A stretch of 24,000 bases of DNA, taken from NCBI RefSeq assembly GCF_007679965.1, contig NZ_VEHL01000002.1, positions 270,235 through 294,234 on the forward strand. Direction: 5' to 3'. A program made the position numbers and the translations under genes. The notes beneath the pieces are model-generated. The model had not been told where the DNA came from, did no database searches, and saw nothing but the letters and a program-made list of their open reading frames with translations. The DNA comes from Bordetella genomosp. 13 (GTDB lineage: Bacteria; Pseudomonadota; Gammaproteobacteria; Burkholderiales; Burkholderiaceae_B). Positions 16,861-24,000 of this stretch are shown here, piece by piece. Position 1 is the stretch's first letter, and each line of letters opens with the position of its first letter.

Positions 16861-17976
16861 ATGAGCACCACCACGTCTCCCACCGCCACTTTCCCGATTC
16901 CCTTCAAGACGACGCGTTCGCAGGCGGCGCGGGCGCTTGCCGAGCGCGAAGCCATTCTGGCCGATCCGGGATTCGGCAAGCACTTCACCGATCACATGGT
17001 CTCGATCGACTGGACGGTGGACAAGGGTTGGCATGACGCGCAGGTGCTGCCGTACGGTCCGCTGCAGCTGGACCCGGCCGCCTCGGTGCTGCATTACGCG
17101 CAGGAAATCTTCGAAGGCCTGAAGGCTTACCGCCACGCCGACGGTTCGGTCTGGACCTTCCGTCCCGAGGCCAACGGCGACCGCATGCAACGCTCGGCCC
17201 GCCGCCTGGCGCTGCCCGCGCTGCCCACCGACCTGTTCGTCGAATCGCTTAAGCAGCTGCTGGCCGCGGATGCCGACTGGGTGCCGTCGGCGCCCGAGAC
17301 CAGCCTGTACATCCGTCCCTTCATGATCGCCAACGAGAGCTTCCTGGGCGTGCGTTCGGCGCACCGGGCGGCCTACTACGTGATCGCCAGCCCCGCGGGC
17401 CCGTACTTCGCCAAGGGCGTGGCCCCGGTGTCGATCTGGCTGTCCACCGACTACGCGCGCGCCGCCAAGGGCGGCACGGGCGCGGCCAAGTGCGGTGGCA
17501 ATTACGCCGCTTCGCTGCTGCCCCAGCAGGAAGCCTATGAAAACGGCTGCGCCCAGGTGCTGTTCCTGGACCCGCTGGAAGGCAAGTACCTGGAAGAGCT
17601 GGGCGGCATGAACGTTTTCCTGGTGATGAAGGACGGCACGCTGGTGACCCCCGAGCTGTCGGGCAGCATCCTGGAAGGCGTGACGCGCGCCAGCATCATC
17701 CAGCTGGCCCGCGACCGCGGCCACGAGGTGCAGGAACGCAAGGTCTCCATCGACGAATGGCGTGACGGCGTGGCGTCGGGCCAGGTGGCCGAGGCCTTCG
17801 CGTGCGGCACGGCCGCGGTGGTCACGCCGATCGCGGCGCTGAAGGGCCGCGGTTTCGTGGCGGGCGACGAGTCCGCGCCCGCCGGCAAGCTGACCATGGC
17901 GCTGCGCCAGGAGCTGACCGACATCCAGTACGGCCGCGTGGCGGACCGCCACGGCTGGCTGACCCGCCTGGCCTGA
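16861..17976 (+). CDS. ilvE: Branched-chain amino acid aminotransferase (fold-type IV, long form)
   Basis: 371-aa ORF. PGFGKHFTDHMV, HYAQEIFEGLKAYR, GTGAAKCGGNYAASL and GSILEGVTR are characteristic of IlvE-type class IV aminotransferases. Confidence 0.9.
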   Translation: MSTTTSPTATFPIPFKTTRSQAARALAEREAILADPGFGKHFTDHMVSIDWTVDKGWHDAQVLPYGPLQLDPAASVLHYAQEIFEGLKAYRHADGSVWTFRPEANGDRMQRSARRLALPALPTDLFVESLKQLLAADADWVPSAPETSLYIRPFMIANESFLGVRSAHRAAYYVIASPAGPYFAKGVAPVSIWLSTDYARAAKGGTGAAKCGGNYAASLLPQQEAYENGCAQVLFLDPLEGKYLEELGGMNVFLVMKDGTLVTPELSGSILEGVTRASIIQLARDRGHEVQERKVSIDEWRDGVASGQVAEAFACGTAAVVTPIAALKGRGFVAGDESAPAGKLTMALRQELTDIQYGRVADRHGWLTRLA

Positions 17977-17982
17977 CGGGCT

Positions 17983-17999
17983 TCGGGCCGGCGCGGCCC
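17983..17999. terminator. GC-rich hairpin between convergent ilvE and the ABM gene (possible terminator)
   Basis: CGGGCC-ggcgc-GGCCCG (6-bp stem, 5-nt loop), 7 nt after the ilvE stop. GCGGCCCG is also directly repeated at 17992..17999 and 18002..18009. There is no U-tract. Confidence 0.3.
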
Positions 18000-18023
18000 G
18001 ACGCGGCCCGGCGGGCATACCGC

Positions 18024-18716
18024 CTAGGCTGCCGGCCGGGCCTCGTCAGGCCGCGCGATCTCCGGGTAGTACTGCGGCGCCTCGCGCCGGTCGTACATGC
18101 CGTAGTCGCGCACCACGCGCAACGTGCGCAGGCGAGCGCCCTCGGGCAGCGCCAGCGCGCCGCGCAGGGCCCCTGCCGCCTCCGCGTCGCGCAGGCACAG
18201 GAACAGGATCACGTCGCCGGGCGCCAGCACGGCGTCCAGGACATCCCACGAAACCAGCCCCGCGATGCCGTCGCGCAGCCCCAGCTCGCGCGCGAGATCG
18301 GCCGGCGCGGCGGTTGCCGACCAGTCCGCGGGACGGCTTGCATCGATCATCGCGATGACGGTGCCCGCGCCGACCTCGGTTTCGTCCAGGCGCTGCTGGC
18401 GCAGCGCATGGCCCGGCGGCGGACAGGAATCGGCGGTGATCTCGCCCACGCGCAGGTGGTAGTCCAGCATGATCCGCTCCCGTCCCTGTTCCTGCACCAG
18501 GTGGTGCTTCATCTGCGTGCGCCAGCGCACCACGGACTTCTCGTCGCGCCAGCTCGACAGCGACAGCAGCCAGCCGTCGCGCGTCAGGCTGCGATAGCGC
18601 ACGTTGTCCACGAAGCCGTCGACCTGCTCCAGCTCCGGCTTCAGCAGCCTGGCATTGCCCAGGTAGGCGTCCCATTGCTCGGGGCGCGGGTGGACTTCGA
18701 ACATCACGGCGAACAT
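18024..18716 (-). CDS. Antibiotic-biosynthesis-monooxygenase (ABM) domain protein, two-domain form
   Basis: 230-aa ORF with SD AGGAGA upstream of the ATG. The N-terminal ~95 aa (MFAVMFEVHP…GFVDNVRYRS…LLSLSSWRDEKSVVRWR) has the ABM ferredoxin-like fold pattern. The C-terminal 'RVVRDYGMYDRREAPQYYP' motif is one I recall from proteins annotated as ABM family. Function is unknown. Confidence 0.7.
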   Translation of the reverse strand: MFAVMFEVHPRPEQWDAYLGNARLLKPELEQVDGFVDNVRYRSLTRDGWLLSLSSWRDEKSVVRWRTQMKHHLVQEQGRERIMLDYHLRVGEITADSCPPPGHALRQQRLDETEVGAGTVIAMIDASRPADWSATAAPADLARELGLRDGIAGLVSWDVLDAVLAPGDVILFLCLRDAEAAGALRGALALPEGARLRTLRVVRDYGMYDRREAPQYYPEIARPDEARPAA

Positions 18717-18818
18717 GCGGTCTCCTCGTTCATTGCGCCGCGGCGGCGGGGCCGCGGGGCGCGTGCACAGGCCTGCGTTTGGCTGGGTGTCGGGTCATCA
18801 TCGCCCGGTTCGTCGGTA

Positions 18819-19481
18819 TCAGCGGTCCGGCGGCCACACGCCCGAGCTGCCGCGCCGGTGGCTGCCGACCAGGTGGGTATCGATCATGCCCGTGGCCTCC
18901 ATCAACGCGTGCATGGTGGTGGGTCCCACGAAGGCGAAACCGCGCTGCCGCAGGGCCTTGCTCAGCGCCGCGGAGGCGTCGGACACGGTGGGGATCTCTG
19001 CCAGCGTGCGCGGCATGGGCGTGGCCTCGGGCTTGAACGACCAGATGAACGCCGCCAGGCCGCCTTCCTCGCGCAGGCGCAAGGTGGCGGCCGCGTTGCC
19101 GATGGTGGCCAGGATCTTGGCGCGGTTGCGCACGATGCCGGCATCGGCCATGAGGCGGGCGACGTCGTCGTCGCCGAAATCGGCCACCACGTCGGGATCG
19201 AAGCCGCGGAATGCCGCGCGGAAGGCTTCGCGCTTGCGCAGGATGGTCGCCCACGACAGGCCCGACTGGAAGCCTTCCAGCGCCAGGCGTTCGAACAGGC
19301 CCTGTTCGTCGCGCACGGGCATGCCCCATTCGGTGTCGTAGTAGGCGCGCAGCAGCGGGTCCACCGCGGCCCAGGGCGGGCGCGCCAGGCCGTCCTCGCC
19401 CATGACCAGGCCGCTTTCGGGGGCGGCAGTGACGGGGCTGGCCGGGCGGATCGCCATGGCGGCGCCGGATCGGGCGGCCAT
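18819..19481 (-). CDS. tag: DNA-3-methyladenine glycosylase I
   Basis: The core 'DPLLRAYYDTEWGMPVRDEQGLFERLALEGFQSGLSWATILRKREAFRAAF…IVRNRAKI…' parallels E. coli Tag (DPLYIAYHDNEWGVP…LEGQQAGLSWITVLKKRENYRACF…IIRHRGKI). The start is uncertain. ATG 19481 lies 5 nt after the ogt stop and GC3 stays high from there. Alternative starts are at 19457 and 19403. Confidence 0.85.
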   Translation of the reverse strand: MAARSGAAMAIRPASPVTAAPESGLVMGEDGLARPPWAAVDPLLRAYYDTEWGMPVRDEQGLFERLALEGFQSGLSWATILRKREAFRAAFRGFDPDVVADFGDDDVARLMADAGIVRNRAKILATIGNAAATLRLREEGGLAAFIWSFKPEATPMPRTLAEIPTVSDASAALSKALRQRGFAFVGPTTMHALMEATGMIDTHLVGSHRRGSSGVWPPDR

Positions 19482-19486
19482 GGCGC

Positions 19487-20011
19487 TCAGGCCGCCAGCG
19501 GCCGCGGCATGCGGTCCAGCGCCAGGCCCTGCTGCGCGCTTTCCAGGGCCAGCAACTGGGCCTTTCTTTCCAGCCCGCCGGCAAACCCGGTCAGCTTGCC
19601 CGACGAGCCGATCACGCGATGGCAGGGGGCGATGATGGAGATGGGATTGCGCCCGTTAGCCGCACCCACCGCGCGCACCGCATCGGGCTTGCCGATCTGC
19701 ACGGCGATCTCGCGGTATGTGCGCGTCTGGCCGTAAGGGATGGCCAGCAGGGCCTGCCACACCTGTTTCTGGAAGGCGGTGCCCGCGAAGTCCAGCTCCA
19801 GGTCGAAGCGGTCGCGCTGGCCGGAGAAATACTCGGCCAGCTGTTGCTGCGCGGCCAGCAGGGCGGGGTGATGCGGATCTTCGCGCAGGTCGCCCAAGGG
19901 CACGCGTTCGGGGCAATCGTTCTCCCACAGGATGGCGGCGAGTTTCCGGCCGCGCGCGACCAGCTTCAGCTGGCCCACCGGCGATGCCATGTACGTGTAG
20001 ACGCAGGTCAT
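19487..20011 (-). CDS. ogt: Methylated-DNA--protein-cysteine methyltransferase
   Basis: Only the last 174 codons of the 524-aa track ORF look real: MTCVYTYMASPVGQLKL…YGQTRTYREIA…NPISIIAPCHRVIGSSGKLTGFAGG, with the PCHRV active-site motif. The ATG is at 20011 (alternative 19990). The upstream part of the track ORF is Arg/Gly/Pro-rich junk. Confidence 0.9.
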   Translation of the reverse strand: MTCVYTYMASPVGQLKLVARGRKLAAILWENDCPERVPLGDLREDPHHPALLAAQQQLAEYFSGQRDRFDLELDFAGTAFQKQVWQALLAIPYGQTRTYREIAVQIGKPDAVRAVGAANGRNPISIIAPCHRVIGSSGKLTGFAGGLERKAQLLALESAQQGLALDRMPRPLAA

Positions 20012-20229
20012 GTCGTGCTCCGGGTTGGTTGCGGATGCGTTCGCATGGGCGAACACCATGGATGCCAGTGTAGGAGGGCGGCGGATGGGACGAAACCGGA
20101 TTCTTGCGGTCGAATTCGCGAAGCCGGGATTCGACCCGCGCGGCCGGCGGTGTGATCGTTCGGGGCGTCGCTTCCGCGGCCGTCCCTGTCGCCGGCCGCG
20201 CCGCGTCAGCCGGTCCATCCCTCGACCCG

Positions 20230-20940
20230 TCAGCCCATCGATCGCGCGGTCCATGCCAGCGCCGCGGCATAGCCTCGCGGTGCCGCAAGCTCGCGCACCG
20301 CCATGCCGTCCAGCAGTCCGGGCCGGGCCCGCAGGCGTGGCGGGGCATCCGGAAACAGCGTCAGCGACACGGCTTGCAGATGTTCGGTGATGCCCGCGCC
20401 AGACGCCTTCAGCAAGGCTTCCTTCACCACCCACAGCCGGAAGGCATGGGCGCGCGGCTGCGGCGCGGCACGCACGGCGGCGCGCTCTTCCTCGGTGTAG
20501 ACCAGCGGGCCGATGGCATCGGGGTCCAGCGTGTCCTTGCACTGCTCGATGTCCACGCCCACCTGCGCGATGGCGCGCGCATCCCCGATGGCGATCAGTG
20601 CGTAACGGCCAGCGTGCGAGACGTTGAAGGGCAGATCGGGCGCCTGCGCCAGCAGGGGCTTGCCTTGCGGTCCCGCCGTGAAGCGCAATTGCGCCGGCGG
20701 GCAGTCCAGGCGCTGGGCCAGCAGGCGCCGCAGCGCCGCGCGCGTGGCGGCATGGCGTACGCGGTCGGCGCGCTGCAGATAGCGCGAATTGCGTGCCCGC
20801 TCGTCTTCCGAAAGTACGTGCAGATGGTCGTGCGGCTCGGCCTCCAGGTCCAGCCGCAGGCAATGCACCGCGAGGGCGTCGCCGGCATCGTCGGGCAGCG
20901 GCAGGCGCCGCAGGTCGGGCGATTCTTCCGGACCGGACAT
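20230..20940 (-). CDS. 4'-phosphopantetheinyl transferase (Sfp/EntD type)
   Basis: From the internal ATG at 20940 (SD GGAGA upstream) the protein begins MSGPEESPD…. PPTase motifs are GKPLL…FNVSHAGRYALIA, VGVDIE and FRLWVVKEALLKASG. It is 236 aa. Confidence 0.85.
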   Translation of the reverse strand: MSGPEESPDLRRLPLPDDAGDALAVHCLRLDLEAEPHDHLHVLSEDERARNSRYLQRADRVRHAATRAALRRLLAQRLDCPPAQLRFTAGPQGKPLLAQAPDLPFNVSHAGRYALIAIGDARAIAQVGVDIEQCKDTLDPDAIGPLVYTEEERAAVRAAPQPRAHAFRLWVVKEALLKASGAGITEHLQAVSLTLFPDAPPRLRARPGLLDGMAVRELAAPRGYAAALAWTARSMG

Positions 20941-21137
20941 GGGGTTCTCCTTGTGTATTCGTTGCGCGAGCCTTGCGGGACAATACCAGGGCCGCCACCC
21001 GATGGCCCACGCGGCCGGCGGGCCGCTCGCATCGCCCTGCGCCAGGGACGGAACCGCGCATGCTCGCGGGCGCGATTCCATGTTAGAAATCGGGCTGCGG
21101 GACCTGCGCGTGCACCAGACTGCCGCATGCCGGCAAG

Positions 21138-23924
21138 ATGTACATCAACAGAGGGCTGACGTTGCCATTCGACGCTGACATTTTCGACTGGAGCCAGACC
21201 CCGCTCGGGCCCAAGGAGACGTGGTCGGCCGCGCTGCAAACCACGTACGACATCGTCATGGCCAACGGTTCCGGCATGTGCGCCGTATGGGGCCCCGAAA
21301 AGACCATGCTGTACAACGCAGCCTTCGCGCCTTTCCTGGGCCAGCGCCATCCGGGCGCCATGGGGCGGGGCTTCCACGAGGTCTGGCAGGACGTCTGGGC
21401 CGACATCGGCCCGCTGGTGGATCGCGCCCTGTCGGGCGAATCGGTGCGCTTCGAGAACATGCACCTGGTCATGACCCGCAACGGCCGCGAGGAAGACACG
21501 TACTGGACGTTCTCCTACAGCCCGCTGCGCGACGGCGGCCGCATCGTGGGCGTGCTGGACGTCGCGCTCGAGACCACCGCGGCGGTGATGAACCAGGAGC
21601 GCGCCCGTGCCGACGCCCAGCGGGTGCAACTGGCGCTGGCGGCCGGCGCCATCATCGGCACCTGGGTCTGGCATCTTCCCACCGACCGCTTCACGGTGGA
21701 CGAGGCATTCGCGCGCAGTTTCGGACTGGATCCGGCGCTGGGCCGCGCCGGATTGAGCCTGGAGCAGGTGATCGCCACCGTCCATCCCGACGACCGGCAG
21801 GGACTGATCGAAGCCATCGACGAGGTGATCGGCCGCGGCGGGGCCTATGCGCACCAGTACCGGGTGCGGCGGTACGACGGCCTGTACTACTGGCTGGAAG
21901 CCAACGGCCGGGTCGACCTGGCGCCCGACGGCACGCCGCTGTACTTCCCCGGCGTGCTGATCGACGTGCAGGGACGCCGCGTGATAGAGGCCGAGCGCGA
22001 CCAGGCCATCGCGCGGCTGCGCGCCCTGAACGCCGAGCTGGAACAGAAGGTGCTGGCGCAGTCGATGGTGCGGGGCCGCAACTGGCAGCTCACCTCGGAC
22101 ATGCTGGGAGTGCTCAATGCGCAGGGGTATTTCGAGGCCTCGAACCCTGCCTGGGAGGCCACGCTGGGCTGGTCCGAGGACGAGATCGCGCAGACCCATT
22201 TCCTGGATTTCCTGCATCCCGAGGACCGGCCCGGCACCGAGGCCGCATGGCAGGCGGTGCATGACCGCGGCGAGATCGCGCCGCGCTTCGAGAACCGCTA
22301 TCGGCACAAGCGTGGCGGCTGGCGCTGGCTGTCGTGGGTCGGGGTTCCGGACGAGGGCAAGGTGTATTGCGCGGCGCGCGACGTGACCGCCGAGAAGGAG
22401 GCCCAGGCCGAGCTGGTGACGCGCACCGCCGAACGCGACCGCCTGTGGGAAACGACCAACGACCTGATGGGTACGGTGGGCCAGCATGGCTACCTGAAGG
22501 CCATCAACCCGGCCTGGAGCGCGCAACTGGGCTGGAGCCGCGAGGAACTGCTGGGCCAGCCGTTCAGCGCGTTGATGGTGCCGGTGGACCAGCCCGTGGT
22601 CGCCGAGGCGATGCGCCGCCTGGCCGAAGGCGAGGACGTGGGCGGCTTCGGCGGCCGCGTGCGGTGCCGGAACGGCTCCGAACGCGACATCATGTGGACC
22701 GCGACCTTCGATGCCGGGATGGGTGTTTTCCACATGGTCGGCCACGACCTGACCGAACTGCGCGCCGCCGAGGAATCGCTGCGGCAGTCGCAGAAGATGG
22801 AGGCGGTCGGCCAGCTCACCGGCGGCCTCGCGCACGACTTCAACAACCTGCTGGCCGGCATCTCGGGCTCGCTGGAGCTGATGCATCTGCGCGTGGGCCA
22901 GGGCCGCCTGCACGACGTCGAGAAATACATGGCCGCCGCGCAGGGCGCGACCCGGCGCGCCGCCGCGTTGACGCACCGCCTGCTGGCGTTCTCGCGGCGC
23001 CAGACCCTGGCGCCCAAGCCCGCGAAGATCGGCCACGTCGTGCTCGGAATGATGGACATGATCCAGCGCTCCGTGGGCCCGGGCATCAGCGTCGAATTCG
23101 TGCCGACCGCCGATCCGTGGACCACCCTGGTCGACGTGTCGCAGATGGAGAACGCGCTGCTGAACCTGTGCCTGAACGCGCGCGACGCCATGCCGGAGGG
23201 CGGCCGCATCAGCATCGAATCGGCCAACCGCTGGCTGGACCGTCCGGCGGCGCGCCAGCTCGACCTGCCCGAAGGCGCGTACCTGGAACTGTGCGTGCTG
23301 GACACGGGCACCGGCATGCCGCCCGACATCCTGGCACGCGCCTTCGATCCGTTCTTCACCACCAAGCCGCTGGGCGAGGGCACGGGGCTGGGCCTGTCGA
23401 TGATCTATGGCTTCGCCAAGCAGTCCGGCGGTCAGGCACGCATCTATTCCGAGGTGGGGCACGGCACGCGCGTCTGCATCTACCTGCCGCGGCATCGCGG
23501 CGAGGCCGCCGCGGAAGAGTCTGCCGCCGACGATCCGCCCGCGCAGGCGGCCCGCACCAACGAGATCATCCTCGTCGTGGACGACGAGCCCACCGTGCGC
23601 ATGCTGGTGGTGGACGTGCTGGAAGAGCTGGGCTACACGACCATCGAGGCGGGCGATGCCGTCGCGGGCCTGAAGGTGCTCGAATCCGATGCCCGAATCG
23701 ACCTGCTGCTGACCGACGTCGGACTGCCCAACGGCATGAACGGCCGGCAGATGGCCGACGCGGCGCGCCAACTGCGCCCGGGCCTGAAGGTGCTGTTCAT
23801 CACCGGGTATGCCGAGAACTCCCTGCTGACCAACGGCCAGCTCGAGCCGGGCATGGCGATCCTGACCAAGCCGTTCGCCGTGGACGTGTTGACCGCGCGG
23901 GTGCGCGAGCTGATCGCGTCGTAG
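21138..23924 (+). CDS. Cytoplasmic multi-PAS hybrid sensor histidine kinase / response regulator
   Basis: 928-aa ORF with no TM segments. There are four PAS/PAC-like modules, for example …HPDDRQGL…YRVRRYDGLYYWLEANG…, …HPEDRPG…ENRYRHKRGGWRWLSW…, and …RVRCRNGSERDIMW…. These are followed by the H-box MEAVGQLTGGLAHDFNNLL, an HATPase (NLCLNARDAM, DTGTGM, GTGLGLSMIYGF) and a C-terminal receiver (ILVVDDEP…LLLTDVGLPNGMNG…TKPF). Confidence 0.9.
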   Translation: MYINRGLTLPFDADIFDWSQTPLGPKETWSAALQTTYDIVMANGSGMCAVWGPEKTMLYNAAFAPFLGQRHPGAMGRGFHEVWQDVWADIGPLVDRALSGESVRFENMHLVMTRNGREEDTYWTFSYSPLRDGGRIVGVLDVALETTAAVMNQERARADAQRVQLALAAGAIIGTWVWHLPTDRFTVDEAFARSFGLDPALGRAGLSLEQVIATVHPDDRQGLIEAIDEVIGRGGAYAHQYRVRRYDGLYYWLEANGRVDLAPDGTPLYFPGVLIDVQGRRVIEAERDQAIARLRALNAELEQKVLAQSMVRGRNWQLTSDMLGVLNAQGYFEASNPAWEATLGWSEDEIAQTHFLDFLHPEDRPGTEAAWQAVHDRGEIAPRFENRYRHKRGGWRWLSWVGVPDEGKVYCAARDVTAEKEAQAELVTRTAERDRLWETTNDLMGTVGQHGYLKAINPAWSAQLGWSREELLGQPFSALMVPVDQPVVAEAMRRLAEGEDVGGFGGRVRCRNGSERDIMWTATFDAGMGVFHMVGHDLTELRAAEESLRQSQKMEAVGQLTGGLAHDFNNLLAGISGSLELMHLRVGQGRLHDVEKYMAAAQGATRRAAALTHRLLAFSRRQTLAPKPAKIGHVVLGMMDMIQRSVGPGISVEFVPTADPWTTLVDVSQMENALLNLCLNARDAMPEGGRISIESANRWLDRPAARQLDLPEGAYLELCVLDTGTGMPPDILARAFDPFFTTKPLGEGTGLGLSMIYGFAKQSGGQARIYSEVGHGTRVCIYLPRHRGEAAAEESAADDPPAQAARTNEIILVVDDEPTVRMLVVDVLEELGYTTIEAGDAVAGLKVLESDARIDLLLTDVGLPNGMNGRQMADAARQLRPGLKVLFITGYAENSLLTNGQLEPGMAILTKPFAVDVLTARVRELIAS

Positions 23925-23965
23925 CGCTCCGATCGGTCCGGCGCGCGCTGTCCTGCGGCATTGAA

Positions 23966-23984
23966 CCGTGCGTCGTCCGCACGG
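23966..23984 (+). terminator. Hairpin downstream of the PAS kinase (possible terminator)
   Basis: CCGTGCG-tcgtc-CGCACGG (7-bp stem), 42 nt after the stop codon. There is no U-tract, and the window ends shortly afterwards. Confidence 0.25.
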
Positions 23985-24000
23985 CGGGCCGGGTTCCTGC

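Noticed and set aside
17802-19736. 644-aa + strand ORF
   Set aside because: It spans the ilvE 3' end, the ABM gene, tag and ogt on the opposite strand or in other frames. This is implausible as a gene, and the composition is a shadow-ORF signature.
20012-21061. The N-terminal ~350 aa of the 524-aa track ORF (19487..21061) that contains Ogt
   Set aside because: The upstream part is Arg/Gly/Pro/Ala junk that overlaps the PPTase gene in another frame. A normal-length Ogt (174 aa) starts at the ATG at 20011.
20595-23771. 1058-aa ORF on the - strand, the longest in the track
   Set aside because: It is entirely antisense to the well-supported PAS hybrid kinase and overlaps the PPTase out of frame. 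The translation is Arg/Ala/Gly/His/Gln-rich low complexity with no recognisable motif. This is a typical high-GC shadow ORF.

Overview
By eye this window is about two-thirds G+C (not computed) and densely coding. It looks like betaproteobacterial chromosome, most consistent with an Alcaligenaceae genome (Achromobacter/Bordetella-like). That is an inference from three 'Bug'/TctC-family periplasmic receptors that have no TctA/TctB partners here, plus a creB-creC-creD cluster. I support 19 complete CDS and one partial CDS at the left edge.

Gene order, left to right:
- Bug receptor, translationally coupled to an M20 amidase/carbamoylase-family hydrolase
- ExoD-family membrane protein
- DHA2-like MFS transporter
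- AMP-forming acyl-CoA synthetase
- second Bug receptor
- a hybrid histidine kinase/receiver with no recognisable sensor domain
- creD, creC and creB
- Amidohydro_2 hydrolase with a third Bug receptor, divergent from a LysR regulator
- ilvE
- ABM-domain protein
- tag and ogt (alkylation repair)
- Sfp/EntD-type phosphopantetheinyl transferase
- a four-PAS hybrid histidine kinase

I see no rRNA, tRNA, CRISPR, transposase, integrase, phage or recognisable defence genes. Most long ORFs in the six-frame track are antisense or out-of-frame artefacts of high GC (Arg/Ala/Gly/Pro-rich, overlapping well-supported genes).

I find no convincing evidence for a novel multi-gene system. The structures the gene calls do not explain are small and non-coding:
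- three tandem 59-60 bp repeats between creB and creC, each starting with an ATGA stop/start junction
- a canonical cre-tag (TTCAC-N6-TTCAC) with an adjacent 12-bp palindrome upstream of creD
- a 14-bp tandem repeat that begins in the amidase stop codon
- an AT-rich island with a perfect 8-bp inverted repeat upstream of the sensor-less hybrid kinase

All functional calls come from motif and family recognition by eye. No database search was run.
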